From: Minisyncoccota bacterium
GTDB taxonomy: Bacteria > Patescibacteriota > Minisyncoccia > Phycocordibacterales > Zambryskibacteraceae
NCBI GenBank assembly: GCA_020059045.1
Contig: JAGVCW010000018.1
Coordinates: forward strand, 25,320-89,319
Direction of reading: 5' to 3'
DNA length: 64,000 bases
Within the stretch, counting starts at the first letter, position 1. Every line of letters starts with the position of its first letter. Below are positions 55,892 to 64,000 of this stretch, piece by piece. The notes under the pieces are model-generated. The model ran no database searches, was not told the DNA's origin, and worked only from the letters and a program-made list of their open reading frames with translations. The position numbers were made by a program, and so were the translations under genes.

Positions 55892-57225
55892 TATTGTTCG
55901 TTCGTTGTAAGGTCTGCCGCTTCAATCTTAATATTTTTTATATCGGTAGGAAATGCTCTTTTCCAGAATGGCCTTACTACGGCACTGGCTCGTTCAATTG
56001 TGGGATAGTTTGTCATAATTTCATTAAGATTCTTTTTTGGCTGACCTGCTACATCCGACATAATCTTTTCAGCGTCAAACTGTGAGACAAAATTGATAGG
56101 CCCACTCACTGTGAATTTTAAGTTCACATCAGTTTTTGGGTTGAGACTTTCTTTGTTTTCAATCGCAAATGCAAGTGATTCAATATTCGATATCATTACA
56201 TCACTTTTAGGTAGATTAGTTGCGAGATTCTCTGCAAGGTACTTAGACAATTCTTCACGGTTAAATATTACTCCATTGAGAATTCCTCGACGATTTATGA
56301 CCACAGATGACCCCTTGGCATCCGACTGTGGTAGTGCTTCGAATGAGTAAAACATTCCACCGCTATAAAGTATGAAATCCTTTGGCAGTTGAGCCACTGC
56401 TTCCTTCTCAAGCTCTACTATAAGTGCAGCCTCCAATTCAGCTTGGACGGTCGTAAGTGTCGCTGGTGCAACCTTTTTTACATTTCCTACAAAGCCTCCA
56501 CTCATTTCTCCTTTTGATCTCGCATACACCGCCTTAAAACGTGGGTCATCCTTAAAGCCAGGTATAGTGAAATCCTTTAGTCCGACGTTGTACTTCTCAC
56601 CTGGCTCATCCGCATAAACGGTAACTTCTATACTTCCGGGTGTCATCTGTGCACCTTGGCCAGTTCTGCCAGGCACTACCACAGACTCGTTGATTCTATA
56701 TATAAGTCCTTCTGGGGTTTCGAATCTTGTATTTTTTATTAGTCGCTGTGGGTTCGCATCAAAAGTGTTGTATATGATTATTCTTCCGCTCGCCTTCTCC
56801 TCGACGTGCTCCTCACCTGATGTCTCTACAGTTTGTCCAAGCTCCTTACTAATCGTTACAATCTGGTATGAAACATTGGCCACATCTGCGGTAAGTGCTG
56901 CAGAAAGTACCGTTGTACCGTCAGATGCAACAACTTCTTGCGTAGGAACAATGGTAATTGTTGCTCCCTTAAACAGTGAAAGAACTGCAAAGAAAACAAT
57001 AACCAAAGCGAGGCCTACCGCAATCCAAATCCACTTTCTTCCAGAGCCTGAAGAATAAGACTCATTTTCATACTGGTAAACCTTTGGTTGCTCACTTTGT
57101 TGTGGCTTTTTAGGTACAGAACTATTCATGGGTGGAACCGGCTTACCCATTCTCGCAGGTACGGGAATATTTCTTATTGATCTTTTTTCAGGGGGTATAA
57201 CATCCTGCAAAATATTTTTGGACAT
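55891..57225 (-). CDS. hypothetical single-pass membrane protein (Pro-rich cytoplasmic N-terminus, large extracytoplasmic domain)
   Basis: 444 aa with a TM helix at about residues 63-85. Its stop overlaps the infA start. Possibly PilN/O-like or FtsQ-like, given the upstream actin-fold ATPase. Confidence 0.4.
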   Translation of the reverse strand: MSKNILQDVIPPEKRSIRNIPVPARMGKPVPPMNSSVPKKPQQSEQPKVYQYENESYSSGSGRKWIWIAVGLALVIVFFAVLSLFKGATITIVPTQEVVASDGTTVLSAALTADVANVSYQIVTISKELGQTVETSGEEHVEEKASGRIIIYNTFDANPQRLIKNTRFETPEGLIYRINESVVVPGRTGQGAQMTPGSIEVTVYADEPGEKYNVGLKDFTIPGFKDDPRFKAVYARSKGEMSGGFVGNVKKVAPATLTTVQAELEAALIVELEKEAVAQLPKDFILYSGGMFYSFEALPQSDAKGSSVVINRRGILNGVIFNREELSKYLAENLATNLPKSDVMISNIESLAFAIENKESLNPKTDVNLKFTVSGPINFVSQFDAEKIMSDVAGQPKKNLNEIMTNYPTIERASAVVRPFWKRAFPTDIKNIKIEAADLTTNEQ

Positions 57226-57241
57226 ATGCGAGATTATAACA

Positions 57242-58435
57242 CTAAATTTTAAATGGATACAAAGAAAGGAAAAGGGATTCTAGGGCGATAAATGGGTCTT
57301 GCATGACAAATTTATCATATTCGATTTTCTCCAGGAAAAGATTGGGTGTTAAAGGCATGATAGAGAAAGCTCCTTGTGTAGACTTGAGACCTTCCAAATG
57401 TTTAATGAATATTCCTCTCGCTTCCTCTCCACTAGTTAAAAATATTTTTTTCATTGGCAATGTCACAGAAAAGCGCTTAAGCGCCAGGTCAAGTTCCTCT
57501 GTCCACTTCGCACCAAACTCATTTATCATTGCTTCAATATCAGAGTGAAGCCCACTTTCAAGCCCACCACTTTCGAACATAGCAATCGATGAAAAAGCAA
57601 TATCTGTTGTTGTTGCAAGTTTTCTGGCAGTAGTCCTGACAAGGTGATTTCTCCCAATATTAAATGAGCTAGAGCCAATAATGACTCCATTTTCTACATA
57701 AGAAACGTCTGTATTTTCTCCGGTTATATCTAGCAGAACATAGTTTAATTCATGCGGGTAGAGAAGCCTCACAGATGCAAAGGAAACAAGTGGGAATGTG
57801 AAGGATCGAATTTTAGTCGTATGGAGATAACGATCTATTAGTGCTTCAACTTTTTGGTGCACTGAGTGAGGAATGAGACTCATGTAAATAGAAAGCTCAG
57901 CAACGGAAGCCTTCTTGTCATACGGGTTATTTGTTTCATAGCCATTCAGTTTTACCTTTACCAACTCACGTTCCACCATCACAATATCCTTTTGAACTAC
58001 ATTTTCATATTTGCCCCCAAGAGCCCTATCTTCAAATTTCTTCTCTTCACTGTCCATTAGAGCCTCCACCTCACTCAATTTCAACACAAAAGGTTTTTCT
58101 TTTTTTATTTGAATTGTTTCAGTCCTCGAAACGTACCATGGCGAAGAGTAGATAAGATTAACAAACTCAAACCTATGCAATCTAAGCCCCAGATCATACT
58201 TTCTTGTTTGGCCGCTCACGACAAGTGATTTTAGCGCATCTTCAAGAAAGCTAAGCATCACAGGCTCCAAAGTTTCAGTCTTCGGAGTTTCTTGTATTGT
58301 TATTGGAAAATGATTACTAAACAAAACTTTTGGTTTTTCTCCATTTCGTAGCAAGAGAAGTCCGATGCTGACACTAGCGCTCCCAATATCGCAAATTACA
58401 CCAAGTTTTGCTTCAGATTTATTCCAAAGGGGCAT
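57242..58435 (-). CDS. actin-fold ATPase, PilM/FtsA-like
   Basis: 397 aa. The N-terminal phosphate-1 motif LGVICDIGSASVSIGLLL is similar to PilM (GIDIGSSSIK) and FtsA. Confidence 0.5.
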   Translation of the reverse strand: MPLWNKSEAKLGVICDIGSASVSIGLLLLRNGEKPKVLFSNHFPITIQETPKTETLEPVMLSFLEDALKSLVVSGQTRKYDLGLRLHRFEFVNLIYSSPWYVSRTETIQIKKEKPFVLKLSEVEALMDSEEKKFEDRALGGKYENVVQKDIVMVERELVKVKLNGYETNNPYDKKASVAELSIYMSLIPHSVHQKVEALIDRYLHTTKIRSFTFPLVSFASVRLLYPHELNYVLLDITGENTDVSYVENGVIIGSSSFNIGRNHLVRTTARKLATTTDIAFSSIAMFESGGLESGLHSDIEAMINEFGAKWTEELDLALKRFSVTLPMKKIFLTSGEEARGIFIKHLEGLKSTQGAFSIMPLTPNLFLEKIEYDKFVMQDPFIALESLFLSLYPFKI

Positions 58436-58496
58436 ATCTAATAATTATATATAAAAAATAATGGATTGTACCTACTAATTATTAGTATCTGGGTAA

Positions 58497-60425
58497 TTAG
58501 CCAAGTGTGGCTTTTATCCTCCTTGTACCAGCCGATACTGCTTCCTCTTTAATAATTTTGAAGTTACCTTTCAATTTACCGTCAGTTTCGGAAAGACTAG
58601 AGAGGTCACTAGTTTTCTCGACATGTGGGCCACCACAGAATTCCTTGGATATAATGTTTCCATCCTTATCTTCAATAAAATAAAGTGAAACAATGTCGGG
58701 GTACTTGGCTCCGAATTCCATCTCTGCACCAATAGTTTCAGCCTCAATACGTGGCATTTCTTTGCGTAGAACGGTTAGATCCTCCTCAATACGACGATTT
58801 ACAATATTTTCTACTATTCTTAATTCATCACTTGTAAGTTTTCTTGGGAAGGAAAAGTCCATACGTAGTCTTTCCTCAGTAATATTACTTCCCTTCTGCT
58901 TCACTTCCTTACCAAGCACCTCTTGTAGGGCAGCAAGTAGTAGATGATGCGCAGTATGAAGTTTTATAGTTTGCTCACTTGTATTTGCAAGTCCACCCTT
59001 AAACATCCCTACAGAAGATGTACGAGATAGCTCTTGATGTTGTTTAAGCTTTTCTTCAAAGCCTGGAGTGTCTACATTGATACCTCTTTCCTTTGCAATT
59101 TCCGCAATAATCTCTATTGGGAAACCATAGGTTTGGTAAAGGTCAAAAATTACTGTTCCAGGTAAAGTAATTGCTTCTTTGTATCCAGTCTGGTTCGGAG
59201 CGTATGTCATTCCGTTTCTAATTATTGGAACTTCTGAGGTATTACTTGCTATGTATGCATATTCAATAATTGTTTTCTCAAATTCTTTAAGACCTTGCTT
59301 GAGTGTTTCCTCAAACTTAATTAATTCTGTATCAATAGTCTTAATTATATCAATGACTTTACTCTCCAAATCGTAGAGTCCAGAGTATTTACTAACCACA
59401 CTTTTCACAAACGCAGTAATTTGTGGATTATCTATATTTTTTGAGTCCACTTTTAGAAGAGCTCGACGCAATAATCTTCTAAGTACGTACCCTCTTCCTG
59501 TATTAGATGGAGCCACTCCGTCTGAAATCATAAATACAGCAGTACGGAAGTGGTCAGCAATTATTCTTTGACTTTTAGTATCATTTGAAAGTTTACTTGT
59601 CTCATTAATCAAGTTCACAAATAGATCTGTATCAAACACAGTATCTTTTCCGTTCACAGCGGCGGTAGTTCTTTCAAGTCCCATTCCTGTATCAACATTT
59701 TTTTGTGTAAGAGGCTCAAAAGCGCCTTGTTCTGTTTTATTAAATTCGATAAACACATCATACCAAATTTCAACGAACCGATATGAGTCAACAAGATCAC
59801 TGAAGCGGCCAACTGGCTTGCCGAGCTCTGGGCGGGTGTCATAAAACATCTCTGTATCACCACCGCATGGACCAGTAGACCCAGCAATCCAGAAATTATC
59901 CTTTGTTCCAAGCGGGATTATGCGTATATTATCTGCGACCATCTCATCATCACCTGCAACTCCATTACTCAAATTATTCTCATTTAGTACCTCACGCCAC
60001 TCATTTATTGATTCCTCGTCTCTGGGAATCCCATTTTCTCCCTTGAAAACAGTAATATACAATCGGCTTGGATCCAACCCAAGTCCCTCCTCTTTTGAAG
60101 TAATAAACTCAAAGCTCCACCGAATTGCTTCCTTCTTGAAATAGTCGCCGAGGGACCAATTACCAAGCATTTCAAAGAATGTCAGGTGCCTATTGTCGCC
60201 AACATCCTCTATATCTCCTGTACGTACGCACTTCTGAGCGTCAACAAGTCTTTTACCCAGTGGATGCTCTTGCCCCAATAGGTAAGGAACAAGTGGTTGC
60301 ATGCCAGCAGTTATAAAGAGTGAGGATGGATCATTTTCGGGCACAAGAGAAGCCGAAGGGATGATTTTGTGTCCCCTCTTTTCAAAAAATTTTAGAAACC
60401 TACCGCGAATTTCTTCAGATGTCAT
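58497..60425 (-). CDS. alaS: alanyl-tRNA synthetase, short form (catalytic plus editing domains, no long C-terminal extension)
   Basis: The probable start is MTSEEIRGRFLKFFEKRGHKIIPSASLVP.... The ORF track extends 25 codons upstream to 60497 with a hydrophobic stretch. The editing-domain HxxxH is HTAHHLLLAALQ. Total length is about 643 aa versus the usual ~870. Confidence 0.85.
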   Translation of the reverse strand: MTSEEIRGRFLKFFEKRGHKIIPSASLVPENDPSSLFITAGMQPLVPYLLGQEHPLGKRLVDAQKCVRTGDIEDVGDNRHLTFFEMLGNWSLGDYFKKEAIRWSFEFITSKEEGLGLDPSRLYITVFKGENGIPRDEESINEWREVLNENNLSNGVAGDDEMVADNIRIIPLGTKDNFWIAGSTGPCGGDTEMFYDTRPELGKPVGRFSDLVDSYRFVEIWYDVFIEFNKTEQGAFEPLTQKNVDTGMGLERTTAAVNGKDTVFDTDLFVNLINETSKLSNDTKSQRIIADHFRTAVFMISDGVAPSNTGRGYVLRRLLRRALLKVDSKNIDNPQITAFVKSVVSKYSGLYDLESKVIDIIKTIDTELIKFEETLKQGLKEFEKTIIEYAYIASNTSEVPIIRNGMTYAPNQTGYKEAITLPGTVIFDLYQTYGFPIEIIAEIAKERGINVDTPGFEEKLKQHQELSRTSSVGMFKGGLANTSEQTIKLHTAHHLLLAALQEVLGKEVKQKGSNITEERLRMDFSFPRKLTSDELRIVENIVNRRIEEDLTVLRKEMPRIEAETIGAEMEFGAKYPDIVSLYFIEDKDGNIISKEFCGGPHVEKTSDLSSLSETDGKLKGNFKIIKEEAVSAGTRRIKATLG

Positions 60426-60505
60426 CAGAAAAATATAGCACAATAAAAAACTAATAAAAAACTCCAAGAATTGCCTTCTTCTTGAAGTAAGTTTCACCTG
60501 GCATT

Positions 60506-60850
60506 CTAGATGCTCCCATCATAAATGGAGAACTGCAAGGGAGAGTACATAACAAGTCTCCAAGATGCTCCAAGGCGAAGGAAATCCCTATATGTCCCCG
60601 AAATAAGCATAAACGGCACTCTATGCATTTGAAAACAACATTCGATTGTACCCGTGCTACTCCGTTTGGGGGCCCGGTCTTCTCCATCCTCATCCTTCAA
60701 AACAGGAGTAACTGGCTTAAACGTTAGCCGGAAGTAATTGCCTGGACCTGGGGCTACACATAACTCCACGCGAACAGGTTTCTTGAAAACTACCTTACGC
60801 TCTACTTCCGCGGTAGAAGACATTTTCACCTCAAGTGGGTGGTTAGACAT
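60506..60850 (-). CDS. hypothetical protein
   Basis: 114 aa with no recognised family. It competes with the overlapping 60451-60693 ORF. Confidence 0.3.
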   Translation of the reverse strand: MSNHPLEVKMSSTAEVERKVVFKKPVRVELCVAPGPGNYFRLTFKPVTPVLKDEDGEDRAPKRSSTGTIECCFQMHRVPFMLISGTYRDFLRLGASWRLVMYSPLQFSIYDGSI

Positions 60851-60910
60851 TTACATCTTGCTCTAATGTAGCAGGTCCAAGAACAAGAAGCAAAAACACT
60901 CCTAATACAT

Positions 60911-61504
60911 TTATATGTATTCTTTAATCCTTTGGAAGTCCTCTTTTAGGGTGTCCAATGAACTTGCGTTGTAAATGGCAACTGCCGGATGGTACAAGGG
61001 AAGAATTTTCATTTCACCCCATGAAACTTTCGTCTCAAAGATTTGTCCATGGATTTTTGAAATAGGTTGTAGTGCACTTTCAAGTTCGAATTTCTTCATA
61101 ACATATGCCATAGAAAATCTCCCGAGGGTTGCAATAATCTTTGGTCGTATTATTTCAATTTGTCTATCAAGAAACGGAGAGTATATTTCAATTTCAACTG
61201 GCTCTGGATCGCGGTTACCAGGTGGGCGATCCTTTACAGTGTTTGTTATATAGACCTCACTACGTGGCAGCCCTATGCTTGCAAGAAGTTCATCTAGAAT
61301 CTTTCCCGCCCTGCCACAGAACGGCTTCCCTGTTTTTGCTTCATTCTGTCCCGGTGCCTCACCTACAAACATCACCCTAGAATCATGACTCCCCTCCCCA
61401 ATTACTGGGAAATATTTGTTTTCGGTCCGATAATTAAATAGAGGAGACTTTTCCAAGACCAGAATCTCATCCTTTATTCTTTTCATCTCATCAAATTTAC
61501 TCAT
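60911..61504 (-). CDS. uracil-DNA glycosylase, family 4
   Basis: 197 aa. The motif FVGEAPGQNEAKTGKPFCGRAGKILDELL is the family 4 UDG motif A. Confidence 0.85.
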   Translation of the reverse strand: MSKFDEMKRIKDEILVLEKSPLFNYRTENKYFPVIGEGSHDSRVMFVGEAPGQNEAKTGKPFCGRAGKILDELLASIGLPRSEVYITNTVKDRPPGNRDPEPVEIEIYSPFLDRQIEIIRPKIIATLGRFSMAYVMKKFELESALQPISKIHGQIFETKVSWGEMKILPLYHPAVAIYNASSLDTLKEDFQRIKEYI

Positions 61505-62021
61505 GGGTTAGAGTTTCGTCGTTTAATATTTTATAATAAAACTCGTATTTGGCTTTCTGGTACTCGTATTTACTTTTTTTATGGCACGCCTTTTTTATAC
61601 TCTCGTATTCATCTTGAAGAGAAGGATTTGTTTTCAGTAGATTAAACAGTTTAAGCTGGCGGGATAAATTTTCTGTCCGAACTGACAAATATAATTCAAC
61701 CGGAATGTTACCTTCATTCCATAACCACTCACAAAAAAGAGTTCCTTCATGGAGCGGTGTCCCAAATATTTGACATAAGGAAGCTTTATTATTTTGGTAT
61801 AAAGACTGATCAGTAATAGCATATAAATCCACATCACCTTCTCCAACAAGGCTAAGTGCAGACGCTCCAATAAAATATGTCTCTATATCCAAACCTTGTT
61901 CATTGATTTTTCTTAGAATGTCATTGGCAACTTGGTGAGTTCTTGGGTTAAATGCATTAATTACAACTTTTTCAGTATTACTTAATGTGGACAAATATTT
62001 TTCATCGTCGGGGTACATCAT
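61497..62021 (-). CDS. GrpB-family nucleotidyltransferase-fold protein
   Basis: 174 aa. IGASALSLVGEGDVDLYAIT (GS...D.D) and a C-terminal ...LLKTNPSLQDEYESIKK resemble GrpB/UPF0157. Confidence 0.65.
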   Translation of the reverse strand: MMYPDDEKYLSTLSNTEKVVINAFNPRTHQVANDILRKINEQGLDIETYFIGASALSLVGEGDVDLYAITDQSLYQNNKASLCQIFGTPLHEGTLFCEWLWNEGNIPVELYLSVRTENLSRQLKLFNLLKTNPSLQDEYESIKKACHKKSKYEYQKAKYEFYYKILNDETLTHE

Positions 62022-62070
62022 TTTGAATGGTTGCTGTATGTATTAATATTTTGTATGTTACGCAACAATA

Positions 62071-62916
62071 CTAGCCAAAGAGAGTTTCCTTAGTTGATTC
62101 GCCCTTTGTTTCCGATTTTAAATTTCTATTTTTCCCTTTTTCATTATTATCTATTGCATTTCCCCTCATCACATCTCCGAGAGATTCTACATAACCACAA
62201 TAATCACATTCCTCACCCGCCTTCGGAATTCTTCCGTCCATTAGGCATGTTTTCATTTTGCTAATAGTTTTTGGTATCCAATCTGTGTTTCCCTTGTATG
62301 GGATTATAGTTACATCAAATTCTAGTTTGCCATCAAGTGCCTTTTTGTCAGTTTTACCATTCACATATACAAAGTAGCCCGTATCTGAAACTTTAAATTT
62401 ATTTTGTTTGAAGAGCCATTGGTATATCTCCATCTGTCTCTTGTACTGTATCTTCCACTCATCATCAAGTGTAATCTCTTCGTCCTTACTTGTTGCTTTG
62501 TAATCTACAATGATTAATTCTTCCTGTGGACTTACCCACACATCATCCACTCCTCCACGAATAATGAGATTATTTTCCTTATCATGAAACGATATGCCCC
62601 TGCGTAATGCATCACGCCACTCTTCCATTCGCGAGTCCTGAAGTGGCACCGCGTCAATTCCGTATGATTTCATTAGTGGGTGCACAGTCTTCTCGGCTCT
62701 ATGAATGTCAAATTCTTTCTTAAGTAGTGTGTCCACTGCATTGTTAAGTGTCAGAGGAAAACTTGCAGGCCTTCCAACACCAAGTCTCACATCAAGATAA
62801 AAGCATCTTGGACATTGAATAAAGAGGTCTATTTTTGAGCGAGACAACCTAAATGGCTCAGTTGCATTTGGGTCGAAGAGATTCCTTGTTCTTCTAGGAT
62901 TATAGTACTTACTCAT
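62071..62916 (-). CDS. Cas4/RecB-like PD-(D/E)xK nuclease with an Fe-S cysteine set (stand-alone)
   Basis: 281 aa with an N-terminal CPRC. The motif GGVDDVWVSPQEELIIVDYK matches D...E.VDYK. C-terminal C...CDYCGY completes a 1+3 Cys arrangement typical of Cas4/AddB nuclease domains. Confidence 0.6.
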   Translation of the reverse strand: MSKYYNPRRTRNLFDPNATEPFRLSRSKIDLFIQCPRCFYLDVRLGVGRPASFPLTLNNAVDTLLKKEFDIHRAEKTVHPLMKSYGIDAVPLQDSRMEEWRDALRRGISFHDKENNLIIRGGVDDVWVSPQEELIIVDYKATSKDEEITLDDEWKIQYKRQMEIYQWLFKQNKFKVSDTGYFVYVNGKTDKKALDGKLEFDVTIIPYKGNTDWIPKTISKMKTCLMDGRIPKAGEECDYCGYVESLGDVMRGNAIDNNEKGKNRNLKSETKGESTKETLFG

Positions 62917-63743
62917 TGAAGATTTTTAATCTCGTCATACACAAGTTTAGCCTTAGCATCGCTAAAGCCAATAGATTTTAAAATACTTGGATCCTCGATT
63001 AGGGTCCTACACAACACAATCTCTCGAGAAAGTAACATTCTCTTCTGACTTCCAGACAGGTGCGTTAAGCAAGTAAGTGGATGAAGCCCACTATCCTCTA
63101 TCATTTCCTGTAGGTTCCCCTTTTTGGGATAATTCCATCCAATTAGTTTAAGACCCTTGCATTCTGCATAGCGTATTGCCGTATCAGTAAACTTTGTATT
63201 AGTTATGAGCCACCCTTCATCTAGATGCCTTGGTCTACCATAATCGTGCATTACTTCCTTAAGATCATCCATCCTTGCTTTCACGTATAGTGCCACCTTT
63301 ACATCTGACTTTAATCCTATTTCATTATGAAATTTAGCTTCAGCCATTATGAGCTTATTCTCATTCCAAGCCACCACGTCTACCTCATGAGACACACAAC
63401 CACCCATTACTATCTCATCAGTTTTAACCTCATAACCTTTTTCCTTAAGTACAGACCCTATGTAATCCTCAAAGGGAAACCCTGATGGGCCAAGTTCTTG
63501 TATTGCACGCCTAAGAGAATACTTCACCGCTGCAGGTCGTAGCCTTTTGTGCAATAGAAACAGCGCATGTTTGTATATCTGCGATGTTGCCATCCCATCT
63601 GTAATCTCAAGTGAGATGTGCTCTGTGAGATCCTCCGCGAGCTTCTTATCTGCTCCGGCCCTCACGAGAGAAGCTTCTAGTTTACTTCCATCAAATGGTT
63701 CAGACTTACCACTTGCTTTTACAACAGTAATTTCTGGTTGCAT
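62913..63743 (-). CDS. ATP-cone domain fused to an Mrr-like restriction endonuclease catalytic domain
   Basis: 276 aa. The N-terminal VVKASGKSEPFDGSKLEASLVRAG fits the ATP-cone pattern. The central FEDYIGSVLKEKGYEVKTDEIVMGGCVSHEVDVVAWNENKLIMAEAKF fits Mrr_cat (D...EAK). Confidence 0.6.
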   Translation of the reverse strand: MQPEITVVKASGKSEPFDGSKLEASLVRAGADKKLAEDLTEHISLEITDGMATSQIYKHALFLLHKRLRPAAVKYSLRRAIQELGPSGFPFEDYIGSVLKEKGYEVKTDEIVMGGCVSHEVDVVAWNENKLIMAEAKFHNEIGLKSDVKVALYVKARMDDLKEVMHDYGRPRHLDEGWLITNTKFTDTAIRYAECKGLKLIGWNYPKKGNLQEMIEDSGLHPLTCLTHLSGSQKRMLLSREIVLCRTLIEDPSILKSIGFSDAKAKLVYDEIKNLQ

Positions 63744-63785
63744 GTAAGTATTATAAGTAAGCTTTTTAGATTTAGCTATAAGACC

Positions 63786-64000
63786 CTAATTCTCTCAATC
63801 ACCCCACCTCCAAGACACTCATTTTTATCGTAAACAACGAGCGATTGACCTGAGGCTATATCAACGAGTGTCCTTTTGAAAGTTACAAGCCACTTCCCCT
63901 TTTCAATTTTAATCTTCGCATCTTGTAGTGGTTGCCTATATCTAATGCGCACACCATAGGTTTTATTAACTTCAGGTCTTCCCGTTATCCAATTGGTTCC
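63786..64000 (-). CDS. mnmA: tRNA 2-thiouridylase MnmA, C-terminal fragment (gene enters from beyond the window end)
   Basis: Minus-strand translation ...RPEVNKTYGVRIRYRQPLQDAKIKIEKGKWLVTFKRTLVDIASGQSLVVYDKNECLGGGVIERIR* matches the MnmA C-terminal beta-barrel (GQS.V.Y....CLGGGVI). Confidence 0.6.

Noticed and set aside
1-64000. CRISPR arrays, rRNA, tRNA, an alternative (UGA-recoding) genetic code, and transposase or integrase genes.
   Set aside because: I saw no spacer-repeat arrays, no rRNA-like conserved strings, and no tRNA cloverleaf candidates. Long conserved genes are uninterrupted under the standard code. No transposase-like ORF was seen; the repeat family is non-autonomous.

Overview
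This 64 kb window comes from a low-GC, very gene-dense bacterial chromosome. It has many small hypothetical membrane and secreted proteins, a short AlaRS, a sortase, and PilM/FtsA-like genes. I infer that this profile fits a Patescibacteria/CPR-like organism using the standard genetic code (most annotated genes are full-length, with no sign of in-frame stop recoding).

Conserved core content, mostly on the minus strand between 21 kb and 63 kb:
- A ribosomal-protein/rpoA block: infA, rpmJ, rpsM, rpsK, rpsD, rpoA, rplQ, then rplM-rpsI.
- A dnaK operon, grpE-dnaK-MTase-membrane protein-dnaJ, with a clear sigma70-type promoter between grpE and dnaK.
- A cell-wall cluster: mraY, ftsW, murG, an S11 D-Ala-D-Ala carboxypeptidase, and an M23/EnvC-like peptidase.
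- scpA and scpB.
- Five aminoacyl-tRNA synthetases: cysS, gltX, aspS/asnS, trpS and alaS.
- A MacB-like ABC efflux system (FtsX permease, ATPase, HlyD adaptor).
- A VKOR plus DsbA-like disulfide pair.
- lexA, rplI, rpmA, corA-like, ctpA and a DnaQ-like exonuclease.
- Edge fragments of dnaB at the 5' end and mnmA at the 3' end.
- A probable RNase P RNA (rnpB) on the minus strand at about 6.2-6.65 kb.

The most unusual features I could see directly:
1. A family of about 125 bp elements bounded by perfect 11 bp terminal inverted repeats (ATCCCGTTAGA ... TCTAACGGGAT), present three times. In every copy the downstream inverted repeat supplies the ATG of the next gene (rplI, murG, rpmJ). One copy carries a nested remnant of a fourth terminus.
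2. A roughly 300 nt GC-rich structured transcript with a strong promoter, a tiny upstream ORF and a strong terminator. It lies upstream of two overlapping small ORFs. I could not assign it to any known RNA class.
3. A family of strand-biased polypyrimidine, ATTCNT-rich intergenic tracts, including two 35/39-identical cores and five ATTCGT direct repeats upstream of lexA.
4. Several compositionally foreign or defence/repair-like modules: a GC-rich island at 8.9-9.8 kb, a divergent EndoIII-like plus PD-(D/E)xK pair next to lexA, and a GrpB / Cas4-like nuclease / ATP-cone-Mrr nuclease cluster.
5. A CorA homologue without the GMN motif, a sortase with a possible minimal substrate, and a gene inserted into the conserved infA-rpmJ junction.

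No CRISPR array, tRNA or rRNA was found.
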